DNA from: Gammaproteobacteria bacterium
Lineage (GTDB): Bacteria > Pseudomonadota > Gammaproteobacteria > SZUA-229
Direction: 5' to 3'
Length of the DNA stretch: 64,000 nt
Assembly (NCBI GenBank): GCA_013041745.1
Contig: JABDRN010000035.1
Location: 35,036 to 99,035, forward strand
Position 1 is the stretch's first letter; each line of letters starts with the position of its first letter. The translations under genes were made by a program, and so were the position numbers. The notes beneath the pieces were generated by a model that worked only from the letters and a program-made list of their open reading frames with translations, had not been told where the DNA came from and made no database searches. Below, piece by piece: positions 9,491 to 19,226 of the stretch.

Positions 9491-10456
9491 ATGGATACAA
9501 ATAAAAAAGGTGTCAGCCAGATCACTGTCAGTGACGCCCAGGCCGGACAGCGCATCGATAATTTTTTAATGAAACACCTAAAAGGTGTACCGAAAAACCA
9601 TATCTACCGTTTATTACGTAGCGGTCAGGTCCGGGTAAACAGTGGCAGAAAGAAAGCACACTACAAACTTCAGCCTGGCGATACACTGAGAATACCGCCT
9701 GTTCACACCAGTGAAACTCAGATAGATACCGTTCCAGAGAGCGTCATAAACCTTTTAAAAGAGTCTGTAATCTTTGAAAATGACGACCTCATCGCGATCA
9801 ATAAACCATCCGGCATAGCAGTACACAAAGGCAGTGGCTTAAAATTTGGCGTGATCGAGGCATTCAGACAGATCGATCCGGAGCAGCCGCTAGAGCTGGT
9901 TCATCGCCTCGATCGTGAGACCAGCGGCTGTTTATTACTGGCGAAAAACAGGCAGATCCTTGCCCAGTTGCACCAGATGCTACGTCACGAAAAAACGGTT
10001 CATATCGAAAAAAGCTATATCGCATTACTCGATGGTTGCTGGTCGAGCGGTAAAGCGACTGTCGACATCGGCATCAGCAAGGTTAAGCGTGGCGGCGAAC
10101 ATATGATGCAGGCTGATGATTCAGGAGACCGTGCTATCAGTCATTTCGATCCTTTGCAGATATTTGACAGCGGCATAACTCGACCATGTAGTCTGATGAA
10201 AGTAACAATCGAGACCGGTCGCACACATCAGATACGTGTCCATGCTCAGCATAGCGGCCATGCTATTATCGGTGATACCAAGTATGGCGACAAAGAGTGC
10301 AACAGGTATTTTCGTGAACTGGGATTAAAAAGGCTGTTTCTTCATGCTCAGCAGTTGTATTTACCGCTGGCAGACCCTATTCTGATAGAAGCGCCGTTGA
10401 GTGATGAGCTCGACAGTTTTCTACAGCAATTACGTAACCAGTCACCGAGACAATGA
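9491..10456 (+). CDS. rluC: 23S rRNA pseudouridine synthase, RluA family (RluC-like, with S4 domain)
   Basis: HRLDRETSGCLLLAKN catalytic motif and an S4-like N-terminus (NFLMKHLKGVPKNHIYRLLRSGQVRVN). Divergent from rne. Confidence 0.9.
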   Translation: MDTNKKGVSQITVSDAQAGQRIDNFLMKHLKGVPKNHIYRLLRSGQVRVNSGRKKAHYKLQPGDTLRIPPVHTSETQIDTVPESVINLLKESVIFENDDLIAINKPSGIAVHKGSGLKFGVIEAFRQIDPEQPLELVHRLDRETSGCLLLAKNRQILAQLHQMLRHEKTVHIEKSYIALLDGCWSSGKATVDIGISKVKRGGEHMMQADDSGDRAISHFDPLQIFDSGITRPCSLMKVTIETGRTHQIRVHAQHSGHAIIGDTKYGDKECNRYFRELGLKRLFLHAQQLYLPLADPILIEAPLSDELDSFLQQLRNQSPRQ

Positions 10457-11139
10457 ATAAAACAAACCACTTCCCGCTTTTAGTTTTTGACTGGGACGGC
10501 ACGCTGGTCGACTCTATCGAACGCATCGTTACCAGTTTGCAGTTTGCCAGCAAACAGGCTGTTGATATCGATCTCGGTGAAAAACAGGCAAGAGATGTTA
10601 TCGGACTTGGACTGATAGAAGCTGTCTCAAAACTTCATCCAGAACTGGACACAGTACAGCATGCTGACAGACTGAAAAAAATAGCTGATGCTTATCGACA
10701 GCATTATCTCTATGAAAACACTGTACCCGCTCCCCTGTTCGATGGCGTTCATGAATTGCTCAGTGAACTTCGTAACGACGGTTACACGCTGGCGATCTCG
10801 ACCGGCAAGAGCCGTACCGGACTCGATCGCTCGATCAACGAACACCAGGTCGCTGATTTTTTTGCGACCACCCGCTGTGCTGGAGAGAGCCGCTCCAAGC
10901 CGCATCCGGAAATGCTGCATGAGATACTGCAAGAACTAAATTTCACCGCTTCACAGACACTGATGATCGGCGACAGTGAACACGATTTGAAAATGGCAAA
11001 CAATGCCAATATGCAATCTATAGCCGTCACCCATGGTGTTCATGATGCGGCAACATTGAAACGGCACAAACCAATAACCTGTTTGGCAGATATCACAGAT
11101 TTATATTCTTACTTAAGCCATAATCATGCAACCGCATAG
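10453..11139 (+). CDS. HAD-superfamily hydrolase (phosphoglycolate phosphatase-like)
   Basis: LLVFDWDGTLVDS (DxDGT motif), STGKSR and GDSEHD motifs. 4-nt ATGA overlap with rluC. Confidence 0.8.
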   Translation: MNKTNHFPLLVFDWDGTLVDSIERIVTSLQFASKQAVDIDLGEKQARDVIGLGLIEAVSKLHPELDTVQHADRLKKIADAYRQHYLYENTVPAPLFDGVHELLSELRNDGYTLAISTGKSRTGLDRSINEHQVADFFATTRCAGESRSKPHPEMLHEILQELNFTASQTLMIGDSEHDLKMANNANMQSIAVTHGVHDAATLKRHKPITCLADITDLYSYLSHNHATA

Positions 11140-11201
11140 AAACTTTTTCTTCAGTTTCAGGTTCTTATCCAGGTGAGAATGCAACTATTAGGAATAATAT
11201 T

Positions 11202-12143
11202 ATGAATGACAATAACACTTCCTGGGAAAGAGAAGTCGTTACTGAACTGGCCGAGTCCAGTTTACGAGAGCAGCGTCGTGCACGTCGCTGGGGCATATTT
11301 TTCAAATCACTGACCTTTGCATACATCGCTGCAATCATCTTCATGTATGGCGACGCAGACATCTCGAACGTAAAGCTCAACGAAAAACATACAGCATTGG
11401 TAGAGATAAACGGTGTCATATCGGATAAAGATGAGGCAAATGCCGACAGTGTCGTTACCGCCCTGCGCGATGCATTCGATAATGAAAACAGTGCTGGAGT
11501 CATAGTAAGGATCAATAGTCCCGGAGGCTCTCCGGTACAATCAGGTTATATCTATGACGAGATGCAGCGATTACGTGAAAAGCATCCTGATATGCCTCTA
11601 TATGCGGTAGTGACAGATGTATGTGCTTCTGGCGGTTACTACATCGCTTCAGCAGCAGACAAGATTTATGCAGACAAGGCAAGCATCATCGGTTCTATTG
11701 GGGTACGTATGGATAACTTTGGCTTTGTCGAAGCTATCGACAAGCTTGGTGTCGAACGGCGCACCTTAACCGCCGGTGAAAACAAGGCCTTACTCGACCC
11801 CTTCCTGCCTGAAGATGAAAAAGCTAAAGCACATATGCAGACCATGCTGGATGAGATACATCAGCAATTTATCAACTCAGTTAAAAAAGGACGTGGTGAC
11901 CGTCTCGATACTACTGTTGAAGGCATCTTCTCAGGACTTATCTGGACTGGTGAAGCCGCTGTAGATATTGGCCTTGTCGATGAACTTGGCAGCTCCAGCC
12001 ATGTTGCGCGAGAAGTGATCGGTGAAGAGACTATCGTCAACTATACCGTTAAACAGGACATCTTCGAACGTTTCGCCGAGCGCCTGGGTTCCTCGGTGGC
12101 ACAGGTCATTAGCACACAATGGCTCAATCCCTCGCTAAGATAA
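11202..12143 (+). CDS. sppA: Signal peptide peptidase SppA, 36K type (peptidase S49)
   Basis: N-terminal TM segment, INSPGGSPVQS, ASGGYYIA and GSIGV motifs. Same position after rluC-HAD as in Pseudomonas. Confidence 0.85.
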   Translation: MNDNNTSWEREVVTELAESSLREQRRARRWGIFFKSLTFAYIAAIIFMYGDADISNVKLNEKHTALVEINGVISDKDEANADSVVTALRDAFDNENSAGVIVRINSPGGSPVQSGYIYDEMQRLREKHPDMPLYAVVTDVCASGGYYIASAADKIYADKASIIGSIGVRMDNFGFVEAIDKLGVERRTLTAGENKALLDPFLPEDEKAKAHMQTMLDEIHQQFINSVKKGRGDRLDTTVEGIFSGLIWTGEAAVDIGLVDELGSSSHVAREVIGEETIVNYTVKQDIFERFAERLGSSVAQVISTQWLNPSLR

Positions 12144-12155
12144 AACCATCAAAAT

Positions 12156-12196
12156 ATGAGCAATCCGCTAGCATTCATACCAGGCGGGTTGCTCAT
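12156..12196 (+). terminator. Hairpin downstream of sppA (possible terminator)
   Basis: 13-bp stem 12156-12168 / 12184-12196 (atgagcaatccgc ... gcgggttgctcat, one G-U pair) with a 15-nt loop, followed by agtttgtt. The T-tract is weak. Confidence 0.4.
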
Positions 12197-12520
12197 AGTT
12201 TGTTATCCAGTCTTCAAATCAGCACTCATCCATCTATCCATCAAAATCCTGTTCTAAAAAACAGCGATTGTTTTGCCGCGCATCAATCTGAAACTGGTCG
12301 ATAACAAGCCTCCATATAGTATCACTCTCCAGAACAGCTTGTTTCTATTATTATTTTTAGCTGCATTTGCAGGTATTATGATTTTTTTGTGTCTAAAATC
12401 ATCTTATCCCGGATTTAACAAATTAAATCTATAATAAAAAAAATAATTGACCTTGAGTAGCTGACAGGACGTTATTTGCTTGTGGTGAAGAAAAAAGAAT
12501 AAAGCCAAAGGGGCTCTACG

Positions 12521-15208
12521 ATGAAAAACGGAGTTTTTAAAAGCGACTGGTTTACCGGTCTCGTAATAGTTTTTATCTTCCTGATTTTTGCCAGCTCCGA
12601 TTTTATCGCCAGCATCGAACGTAGCGCTTATGATTTTGGTGTGCGTTCATCATCACGCATCCCCAGTGACAAGATAGCCATCATCGCCATCGATGACCAG
12701 AGCATCGATAACATCGGGCGCTGGCCATGGTCTAGAGATATCCATGCACAGATGCATGACATCCTTGCCGAAGGCGGCGCTAAAGCTGTGGGTCAGACTG
12801 TTTTCTTTTCAGAGCCTCAGCTCGATCCGGGGCTGCAGTTTATCCGCGAACTGAAACAGGCATTCGAAGAGAGCAGTATTTCTGCCGTTCCTATGTATGT
12901 CGAAGAACTGGCACTAAACATCGAAGACAGTCGCGCCCTGGTAAAAAACAAGCGTGATGCCAATGGCCGAGCCGCCGTTAAAAAAATTTCTGATGTTCTC
13001 GAGAAATCGCCATTACGAAGACAGGTGGCCGAAGAACTCACAGCCTACCTGGAGTACATCAACTCGGCAGAAGTTATCCTCGATACCGATAACACCCTGG
13101 CAAAGAGCATGAAAAACGCGGGGAATGTGATTTTTTATATGCCGGTAGTACAGGGACAGCCATATGGCCAGCCCGATGAACCCCTGCCGGAATATGTGGT
13201 AAAGAACAGGCTGCCTGAAGACAATATCATCGACAGTGCCGTAACCAATCCTGAAGGTTTTACCCCGTTACCGGTCATCGATGCGTATCCACCGATCGCG
13301 ATACTGGGTGAGCAGAGCGAGGCCATCGGCGCATCGGTACCGTTACCCGATGTCGATGGCGGTATTCGGACGGAGCCGCTGGTGATCGACTACTATGGTG
13401 ATTTTTACCCATCGATGGCACTGATGCTAGCTGCCAAGAGTCTGAACCTTGGAATCGAAGACATCCAGATCACTGTCGGTAGCGATGTACAGCTAGGTCG
13501 CCTCAACATCAAAACCGATGGTTATTCGCTGATGAACACTTTCTTCTATCATGACGAAGACTATAACGCGGCCTTCCCGGTTGATTCTTTTTATGACGTC
13601 CTCAAGGGTAAGATACCTGCCGACAAGTACAGGGACAAGATCGTGCTGATCGGTGCCACTGCTCTTGGTGTCGGTGACACCTTCGTAACGCCTATAAATC
13701 CGACGATGTCACCGGTAGTCACAATGGCACACTCGGTTTCCAGCATCCTCAACGAAGATTTCTTCATCGAACCGGAATGGGGATTTTATGCACGCATGGG
13801 TGCATTGCTGCTAGTCGCTCTATATATCATGTTAGTACTGCCTAAACTGGGTGCTGTGGTCGGTTTCATCATCACCAGTATATTACTGCTGTCCCTTTTC
13901 ATCACTCACTACATCATGATGACGACACAGGGCATGTGGCTACAGTTGATGATGCCCTCGCTGCTGCTCATCGGCGGCCATGTCCTGCTGACGACAAAAC
14001 GTTTCTTCCTGTCCGAGAAAGGCAAAGCCCGCCTCGATGTCGAGTCTGCAGAGAGTAACCGCATGCTCGGCCTGTCGCTACAGGGCCAGGGACAGCTGGA
14101 TATGGCATTCGAAAAATTTCGTAAATTACCTCTCGACAAGTCACTGCTCGAGGTGCTCTACAACCTGGCACTCGACTACGAGCGAAAACGTCAGTTTAAT
14201 AAAGCCAAGTCGGTGTATGACTATATGGCCGAGTACGATACCAAGTTTCGCGATATCAAAGACCGCTCTAGCCGTGCTCAGTCGCTCGAAGAGACGGTTA
14301 TCCTCGGCGGCGGAGGCAATGCCTCACCCGGCGGCACCCTGATGCTCGACGGCAGCGGCGTAGAGAAACCTATGCTGGGTCGCTACGAGATCGAACGCGA
14401 ACTCGGCAAAGGTGCTATGGGAGCTGTATACCTGGGTAAAGATCCAAAGATATCACGTACCGTCGCTATCAAGACCATGGCGCTGTCACAGGAATTCGAA
14501 GAAGATGAACTGGAAGAAGTCAAAGAGCGCTTCTTCCGTGAAGCAGAAACTGCCGGTCGTCTCAATCATCCGAATATCGTCACTATCTTCGATGCTGGTG
14601 ACGAACATGACCTGGCATATATCGCGATGGAGTTTCTCAAAGGAGACGACCTGAGCAAGTTCGTTAAAAAAGATTCGTTACTACCACTTGAACAGGTACT
14701 TTCCCTGATCAAGCGTTCTGCTGACGGCATCGACTATGCCCATAAGCACAATGTCGTTCACCGTGATATCAAACCGGCCAACATCATGTGGGACTCAAAC
14801 AGTGACACGGTAAAGATTACCGATTTTGGCATCGCGCGCATAACCGATTCCAGCAAGACCAAGACCGGCTTGGTGCTGGGCACACCTTCATATATGTCCC
14901 CCGAGCAACTGGCTGGAAAAAAAGTAACCGGCCAGTCTGACATCTTCTCACTCGGTGTCATGTTATTCCAGATGGTCACAGGCAAGTTACCGTTCACCGG
15001 TGACTCGATGGCATCACTGATGTTCAAGATTGCCAATGAGAAACACCCAAGTCCTGAATCCATCAATCCTGAGGTGCCCCGATGTGTCACTGTCATCATC
15101 AATCGCGCAATGGAAAAAGATGTCGAGAAACGTTATCAGCGCGGCAGCGATATGGTGGCTGATATCAACAAATGCCTGAAGATTATAGCAGTCGAGAAAA
15201 AGGTTTGA
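12521..15208 (+). CDS. CHASE2-domain transmembrane Ser/Thr protein kinase (CHASE2, TM bundle, TPR-like linker, Hanks kinase)
   Basis: CHASE2 signature IAIIAIDDQSIDNIGRWPWSRD, several TM helices around aa 430-500, and kinase motifs GKGAMGAVYLG, VAIK, HRDIKPANIM, DFGIA and SPEQ. Confidence 0.85.
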   Translation: MKNGVFKSDWFTGLVIVFIFLIFASSDFIASIERSAYDFGVRSSSRIPSDKIAIIAIDDQSIDNIGRWPWSRDIHAQMHDILAEGGAKAVGQTVFFSEPQLDPGLQFIRELKQAFEESSISAVPMYVEELALNIEDSRALVKNKRDANGRAAVKKISDVLEKSPLRRQVAEELTAYLEYINSAEVILDTDNTLAKSMKNAGNVIFYMPVVQGQPYGQPDEPLPEYVVKNRLPEDNIIDSAVTNPEGFTPLPVIDAYPPIAILGEQSEAIGASVPLPDVDGGIRTEPLVIDYYGDFYPSMALMLAAKSLNLGIEDIQITVGSDVQLGRLNIKTDGYSLMNTFFYHDEDYNAAFPVDSFYDVLKGKIPADKYRDKIVLIGATALGVGDTFVTPINPTMSPVVTMAHSVSSILNEDFFIEPEWGFYARMGALLLVALYIMLVLPKLGAVVGFIITSILLLSLFITHYIMMTTQGMWLQLMMPSLLLIGGHVLLTTKRFFLSEKGKARLDVESAESNRMLGLSLQGQGQLDMAFEKFRKLPLDKSLLEVLYNLALDYERKRQFNKAKSVYDYMAEYDTKFRDIKDRSSRAQSLEETVILGGGGNASPGGTLMLDGSGVEKPMLGRYEIERELGKGAMGAVYLGKDPKISRTVAIKTMALSQEFEEDELEEVKERFFREAETAGRLNHPNIVTIFDAGDEHDLAYIAMEFLKGDDLSKFVKKDSLLPLEQVLSLIKRSADGIDYAHKHNVVHRDIKPANIMWDSNSDTVKITDFGIARITDSSKTKTGLVLGTPSYMSPEQLAGKKVTGQSDIFSLGVMLFQMVTGKLPFTGDSMASLMFKIANEKHPSPESINPEVPRCVTVIINRAMEKDVEKRYQRGSDMVADINKCLKIIAVEKKV

Positions 15209-15211
15209 GCG

Positions 15212-16036
15212 ATGAGCCTTAAAGGAAAAATATTACTGCATGGCAAGACCGACGTCGGCCTGGTGCGTGACCACAATGAAGATGCCATCGGTAGCGATGA
15301 GAATATCGGACTCGCTGTACTTGCCGACGGTATGGGTGGCCACCGTGGCGGTGAAATGGCGAGCGCTATTACGGTCAGCACGATACTCGAAACTGTTACC
15401 GAGAAACTAAAAAAAATCAGTTCCAGCAACACCGACGAAGAAACCGGTTACAGCCTGGAGAGCCTCGCAGTCCATGAGGCAGTAGCCCTGGCAAACAAAA
15501 ATGTGCATGAGTCGTCTGAAGCGAATGCTCAATACCGCGGAATGGGTACCACTGTCGTGGTCACGCTTTTCTATGATGACCGTTTCACCGTTGCACATGT
15601 CGGAGATTCTCGCCTGTATCGTCTGCGAGACATGGAGCTGGAACAGATCACGCGTGACCACAGCCTGATGCAGGAACTGATCGATCGTGGTTTCTATACG
15701 CCAGAACAGGCCAGGAACTCGTTGAACAAGAACCTGGTAACCCGTGCTATTGGTATCGATGAAAATGTTCAGATCGATATACAGGAAGATATCGCGATGA
15801 CGGATGATATCTATCTGCTATGTTCGGATGGTGTCACAGATATGATCGAAGATCATCTGATCAAGTCAATGATACTGGATAATGAAAATGACCTGGAAAA
15901 AGCAGCAACCGAGATCATCCGTCTGGCTAACGAGCATGGCGGAAAAGATAATATCTCCGCCCTGTTAGTGAAACCAATTAAATCGTTTCCTGCTAAAAAT
16001 AGCTTGTTTTCTCGACTTTTTGACTTATTCTCTTAG
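15212..16036 (+). CDS. PP2C-family Ser/Thr phosphatase
   Basis: DVGLVRDHNEDA, ADGMGGHRGGEMAS, GTTVV, DSRLY, LCSDG and GGKDNIS motifs. Starts 3 nt after the kinase stop. Confidence 0.9.
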   Translation: MSLKGKILLHGKTDVGLVRDHNEDAIGSDENIGLAVLADGMGGHRGGEMASAITVSTILETVTEKLKKISSSNTDEETGYSLESLAVHEAVALANKNVHESSEANAQYRGMGTTVVVTLFYDDRFTVAHVGDSRLYRLRDMELEQITRDHSLMQELIDRGFYTPEQARNSLNKNLVTRAIGIDENVQIDIQEDIAMTDDIYLLCSDGVTDMIEDHLIKSMILDNENDLEKAATEIIRLANEHGGKDNISALLVKPIKSFPAKNSLFSRLFDLFS

Positions 16037-16093
16037 TATCTATACATAAATATAATAAAAAAATGCATATACAATGTATTGTAAGGAACCACC

Positions 16094-16804
16094 ATGGCCA
16101 AACTAGTACTCCGCTTTGACGGCGAATTTGTAAAACAATATGAGCTCGAAAAAGAGGTTGTAACAATCGGACGCAAACCTGATAATGACATCCATATCGA
16201 CAATCTCGCAGTCAGTGGTAACCACGCAAAGATACTTACCATCCTCAATGACTCTTTCATCGAGGATCTCGATAGTACCAATGGCACATATATCAATGGC
16301 GAAAAGATAAGCAAACATCCACTAAAGGGTGGCGAGACCATCGTCATCGGCAAGCATGAACTGAAGTATGAGAATGCGAATGCAGATGATGGTGAAAGTG
16401 AGTTTGAAAAAACCATGATCATCCGTCCTGATACCGAGGGTATGCCTGAGACCGAGGAAGCTAACAAGGGTATAGAGAGATCGATTGGCAAGATCGCGGC
16501 AGACCTCGCCTCGGCAGGCAGCAACACGACTGGCCCCGGACCGGCAAAACTGAAACTGTTGTCTGGCGCTAATTCAGGAAAAGAGCTGCAACTAACCAAG
16601 ATATTGACCACTCTGGGAAAGCCTGGGGTGCAGGTAGCGGCTATCACACGCCGTCCAAAAGGTTATTTCCTCATAGTCGTCGAGGCTGGCAAAGACAACA
16701 AGATGCCATTGGTAAATGATACCGAGATAGGCAAACAACATCCGTTAACTGATGGCGATGTGATCGAGGTAGCTGGCGTCAAGATGGGTTTCTACCTGAC
16801 CTGA
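16094..16804 (+). CDS. FHA-domain protein with a canonical N-terminal FHA and a degenerate C-terminal FHA-like module
   Basis: The N-terminus has TIGRKPDNDIHIDNLAVSGNHAKI...STNGTYINGEKI...GETIVIGKHEL. The C-terminus has LGKPGVQVAAITRR..GYFLIVVE...VNDTEIGKQHPLTDGDVIEVAGVKMGF, which keeps the FHA beta-sandwich pattern but lacks the GR/SxxH residues. Confidence 0.85.
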   Translation: MAKLVLRFDGEFVKQYELEKEVVTIGRKPDNDIHIDNLAVSGNHAKILTILNDSFIEDLDSTNGTYINGEKISKHPLKGGETIVIGKHELKYENANADDGESEFEKTMIIRPDTEGMPETEEANKGIERSIGKIAADLASAGSNTTGPGPAKLKLLSGANSGKELQLTKILTTLGKPGVQVAAITRRPKGYFLIVVEAGKDNKMPLVNDTEIGKQHPLTDGDVIEVAGVKMGFYLT

Positions 16805-16850
16805 TCAGGCCAAAGCCTCAATGTGACCGGCCCGGCTTACACTCACAATC

Positions 16851-18206
16851 CTACTTTTCAAATACAGCGATGGATTCGACGTGACCCGTGTGCGGGAACA
16901 TGTTCATGATACCGGCGCTTTTAAGCTTATAAGACAACTCATTTACCAGCACTGCTGCATCACGCGCAAGTGTTGCCGGGTGACAGGAAACATAGACAAT
17001 TGTTGAAGCCTGCATCTTTCTTAGAACAGGCAGCACCTGTACAGCCCCGGAACGTGGCGGATCGAGCAGTATCTTGTCATATCGCTGTTTCGTCCAGTTC
17101 TCGGCCAAAGCATCGTCATTGTAGAGATCTGCGTAGATAAACTCTGTATTACTTATATTATTAAGCTCGGCATTATGACGGGCTTTTTTCACCATCACCA
17201 GGGATCCTTCTACCGCAGTGACATGCTGACAGTGCTTTGCCATTGCCAGTGAAAAGTTGCCCAGGCCGCTGAACAAATCAAGTACCGTATCTGTTTCTTT
17301 CAACGCCAGATAGCTGATGGTATCGAGCACCATCCGTTTATTGATGTCCGGGTTCACCTGAGTAAAGTCTGATGGCTGAAATTCTATCTTTATCGAAGAC
17401 TCTTGATCATCATCGACTGGTAATCGGTAGTACAGTGCCTCTGCCTGCTCAGGCACCAGTAACTCGAGGTCATCCGGCTTACCAGCCTGCAGGTAACATA
17501 CCAGTGACTTCGAAGTACAGAAATCAGCCAGCATCGCTCTATCTGTGTCAGGCAATACTTCCAGATGCCTGAATACCAGAACCGTCTGGTTATCGCCTAC
17601 TGCTACTTCGATCTGCGGGATGTTACGTTTCGCTTCGAGCCGATTGATGCAGTCTGCAAGATCATCAATTATTTCACCGACAGACGGATGCAGCACCTCG
17701 CAGCGCCTGGTCTCGGTTATGAACGATGAATTTCGTTCACGGAAACCCACCAATACCCTCTCTTTCTTGTGAACATAGCGTACGCCGAGACGGGCTTTAT
17801 GGCGATAACCATACTCAGGACCCAGCAATGGATCAAGCACCTGTTGTGGAATAACAGCATTGTGTTTTAGTTGATCAAGCAGCATAGTCTGTTTCAGTTG
17901 TATCTGTGTAGCTGAAGACATATGTTGCAGACTACAGCCGCCGCACATATCAAATGCTTCGCACCTTGGTTCGACACGTTGTTCAGATGCCTGCAGGATA
18001 TCGACTGCACGGCCTTCGGCTATCTTCTTATTCAAACGAGTATATTTAAACAAGACACGTTCACCCTGTAGGGCCTGATCGATAAATACGGTACGATCTT
18101 CGATATGGGCTATACCTCTACCCTCACTTGAGAGGGCAGAAATTTCGGCTTCGACAGCTTCTTCAGGCAAGCGCTGTTTACGCCGCCTTCTTTTTTTCGT
18201 AGACAT
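16851..18206 (-). CDS. rlmD: 23S rRNA (uracil1939-C5)-methyltransferase RlmD
   Basis: TRAM-like N-terminus, Fe-S cysteines CEAFDMCGGCSLQH, SAM motif LDLFSGLGNF and DPPRSG. Confidence 0.9.
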   Translation of the reverse strand: MSTKKRRRRKQRLPEEAVEAEISALSSEGRGIAHIEDRTVFIDQALQGERVLFKYTRLNKKIAEGRAVDILQASEQRVEPRCEAFDMCGGCSLQHMSSATQIQLKQTMLLDQLKHNAVIPQQVLDPLLGPEYGYRHKARLGVRYVHKKERVLVGFRERNSSFITETRRCEVLHPSVGEIIDDLADCINRLEAKRNIPQIEVAVGDNQTVLVFRHLEVLPDTDRAMLADFCTSKSLVCYLQAGKPDDLELLVPEQAEALYYRLPVDDDQESSIKIEFQPSDFTQVNPDINKRMVLDTISYLALKETDTVLDLFSGLGNFSLAMAKHCQHVTAVEGSLVMVKKARHNAELNNISNTEFIYADLYNDDALAENWTKQRYDKILLDPPRSGAVQVLPVLRKMQASTIVYVSCHPATLARDAAVLVNELSYKLKSAGIMNMFPHTGHVESIAVFEK

Positions 18207-18217
18207 AAATGAGATAC

Positions 18218-19117
18218 TTAAGCGGGAAATACACCTGTTGAAAGATAACGGTCGCCGCGATCGCAGACGATAGAGACGATGACAGCATCTTCGACCTGCT
18301 GGCTGAGTTGCATCGCGGCGGCACAGGCACCCCCAGAAGAAACACCGCAGAACAAGCCTTCTTTTGCAGCCAGTTGCCGGGTCATTTCCTCTGCTTCCTG
18401 CTGGCCGACATCGAGAGTCAGATCAACACTGGCTGCATCAAAGATACCGGGCAGATACTCTTCGGGCCAGCGACGGATACCCGGAATGCGTGCCCCTTCT
18501 TCTGGCTGCACGCCGACAATCTGGACATCAGGGTTTTGCTCTTTCAGGTATCGAGATACACCCATGATGGTACCCGTGGTTCCCATGGCACTGACGAAAT
18601 GCGTGACTTTGCCTTCGGTCTGCTGCCAGATCTCTGGGCCGGTACTGATATAATGAGCCGCTGGATTATCAGGATTATTGAACTGATCGAGTACGATACC
18701 CTTACCGTCATCCTGCATCTGCAGCGCCAGGTCGCGTGCTCCTTCCATGCTCTGCTGCTGACTGACAGAGATCAGTTCGGCACCATAGGCCTTCATCGCC
18801 GCCCTGCGCTCTTCGCTCATATTATCCGGCATGATCAATATCATCCGGTAGCCCATGACTGCAGCGGCCATGGCCAATGCGATACCGGTATTTCCGCTGG
18901 TCGCTTCGATCAGGGTATCTCCAGGCTGAATATCACCGCGCTTTTGTGCCTGGGTAATCATATTTAGTGCCGGGCGATCTTTTACAGAGCCCGCCGGATT
19001 ATTACCTTCAAGTTTTAGCAAGATGGTGTTTGAACCATCTGTCAGCAGTCGTTGCAGGCGAACCAGTGGTGTATTACCTATGGTATCGGCGAGAGTTAAG
19101 AACTTCATTTCATTCAT
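18218..19117 (-). CDS. cysM: Cysteine synthase B (O-acetylserine sulfhydrylase, PLP-dependent)
   Basis: GNTPLVRL, NPAGSVKDRPA, SGNTG and the C-terminus DRGDRYLSTGVF (CysM-like). About 299 aa. Confidence 0.8.
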   Translation of the reverse strand: MNEMKFLTLADTIGNTPLVRLQRLLTDGSNTILLKLEGNNPAGSVKDRPALNMITQAQKRGDIQPGDTLIEATSGNTGIALAMAAAVMGYRMILIMPDNMSEERRAAMKAYGAELISVSQQQSMEGARDLALQMQDDGKGIVLDQFNNPDNPAAHYISTGPEIWQQTEGKVTHFVSAMGTTGTIMGVSRYLKEQNPDVQIVGVQPEEGARIPGIRRWPEEYLPGIFDAASVDLTLDVGQQEAEEMTRQLAAKEGLFCGVSSGGACAAAMQLSQQVEDAVIVSIVCDRGDRYLSTGVFPA

Positions 19118-19207
19118 TATTTGTTATAATTTTTTGTAATCAAACCAGGTGATTATGCTACTGTTATGCAAAATGGTATTTTACATTAAAAACCTGCCTA
19201 TCCCTTT

Positions 19208-19226
19208 AATATAAATAATAATTATT
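19208..19226. promoter_or_regulatory. Weak Fur-box-like AT hexamer run immediately upstream of the TonB-dependent receptor
   Basis: aatataaataataattatt contains AATAAT/AATTAT hexamers, which fit the NATWAT repeats of Fur boxes. The region is generally AT-rich, so this may be chance. Confidence 0.2.

Noticed and set aside
16033-16647. 204-aa ORF antisense to the FHA gene. Similar long antisense ORFs occur at 18308..18967 (opposite cysM), 49616..50251 (opposite the thioredoxin-fold gene), 33730..34329 (opposite smc) and 41870..42349.
   Set aside because: Each lies entirely inside a gene with strong motif support on the other strand. Their products are low-complexity (S/L/P/R-rich) and have no recognisable motifs. 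They are typical shadow ORFs.
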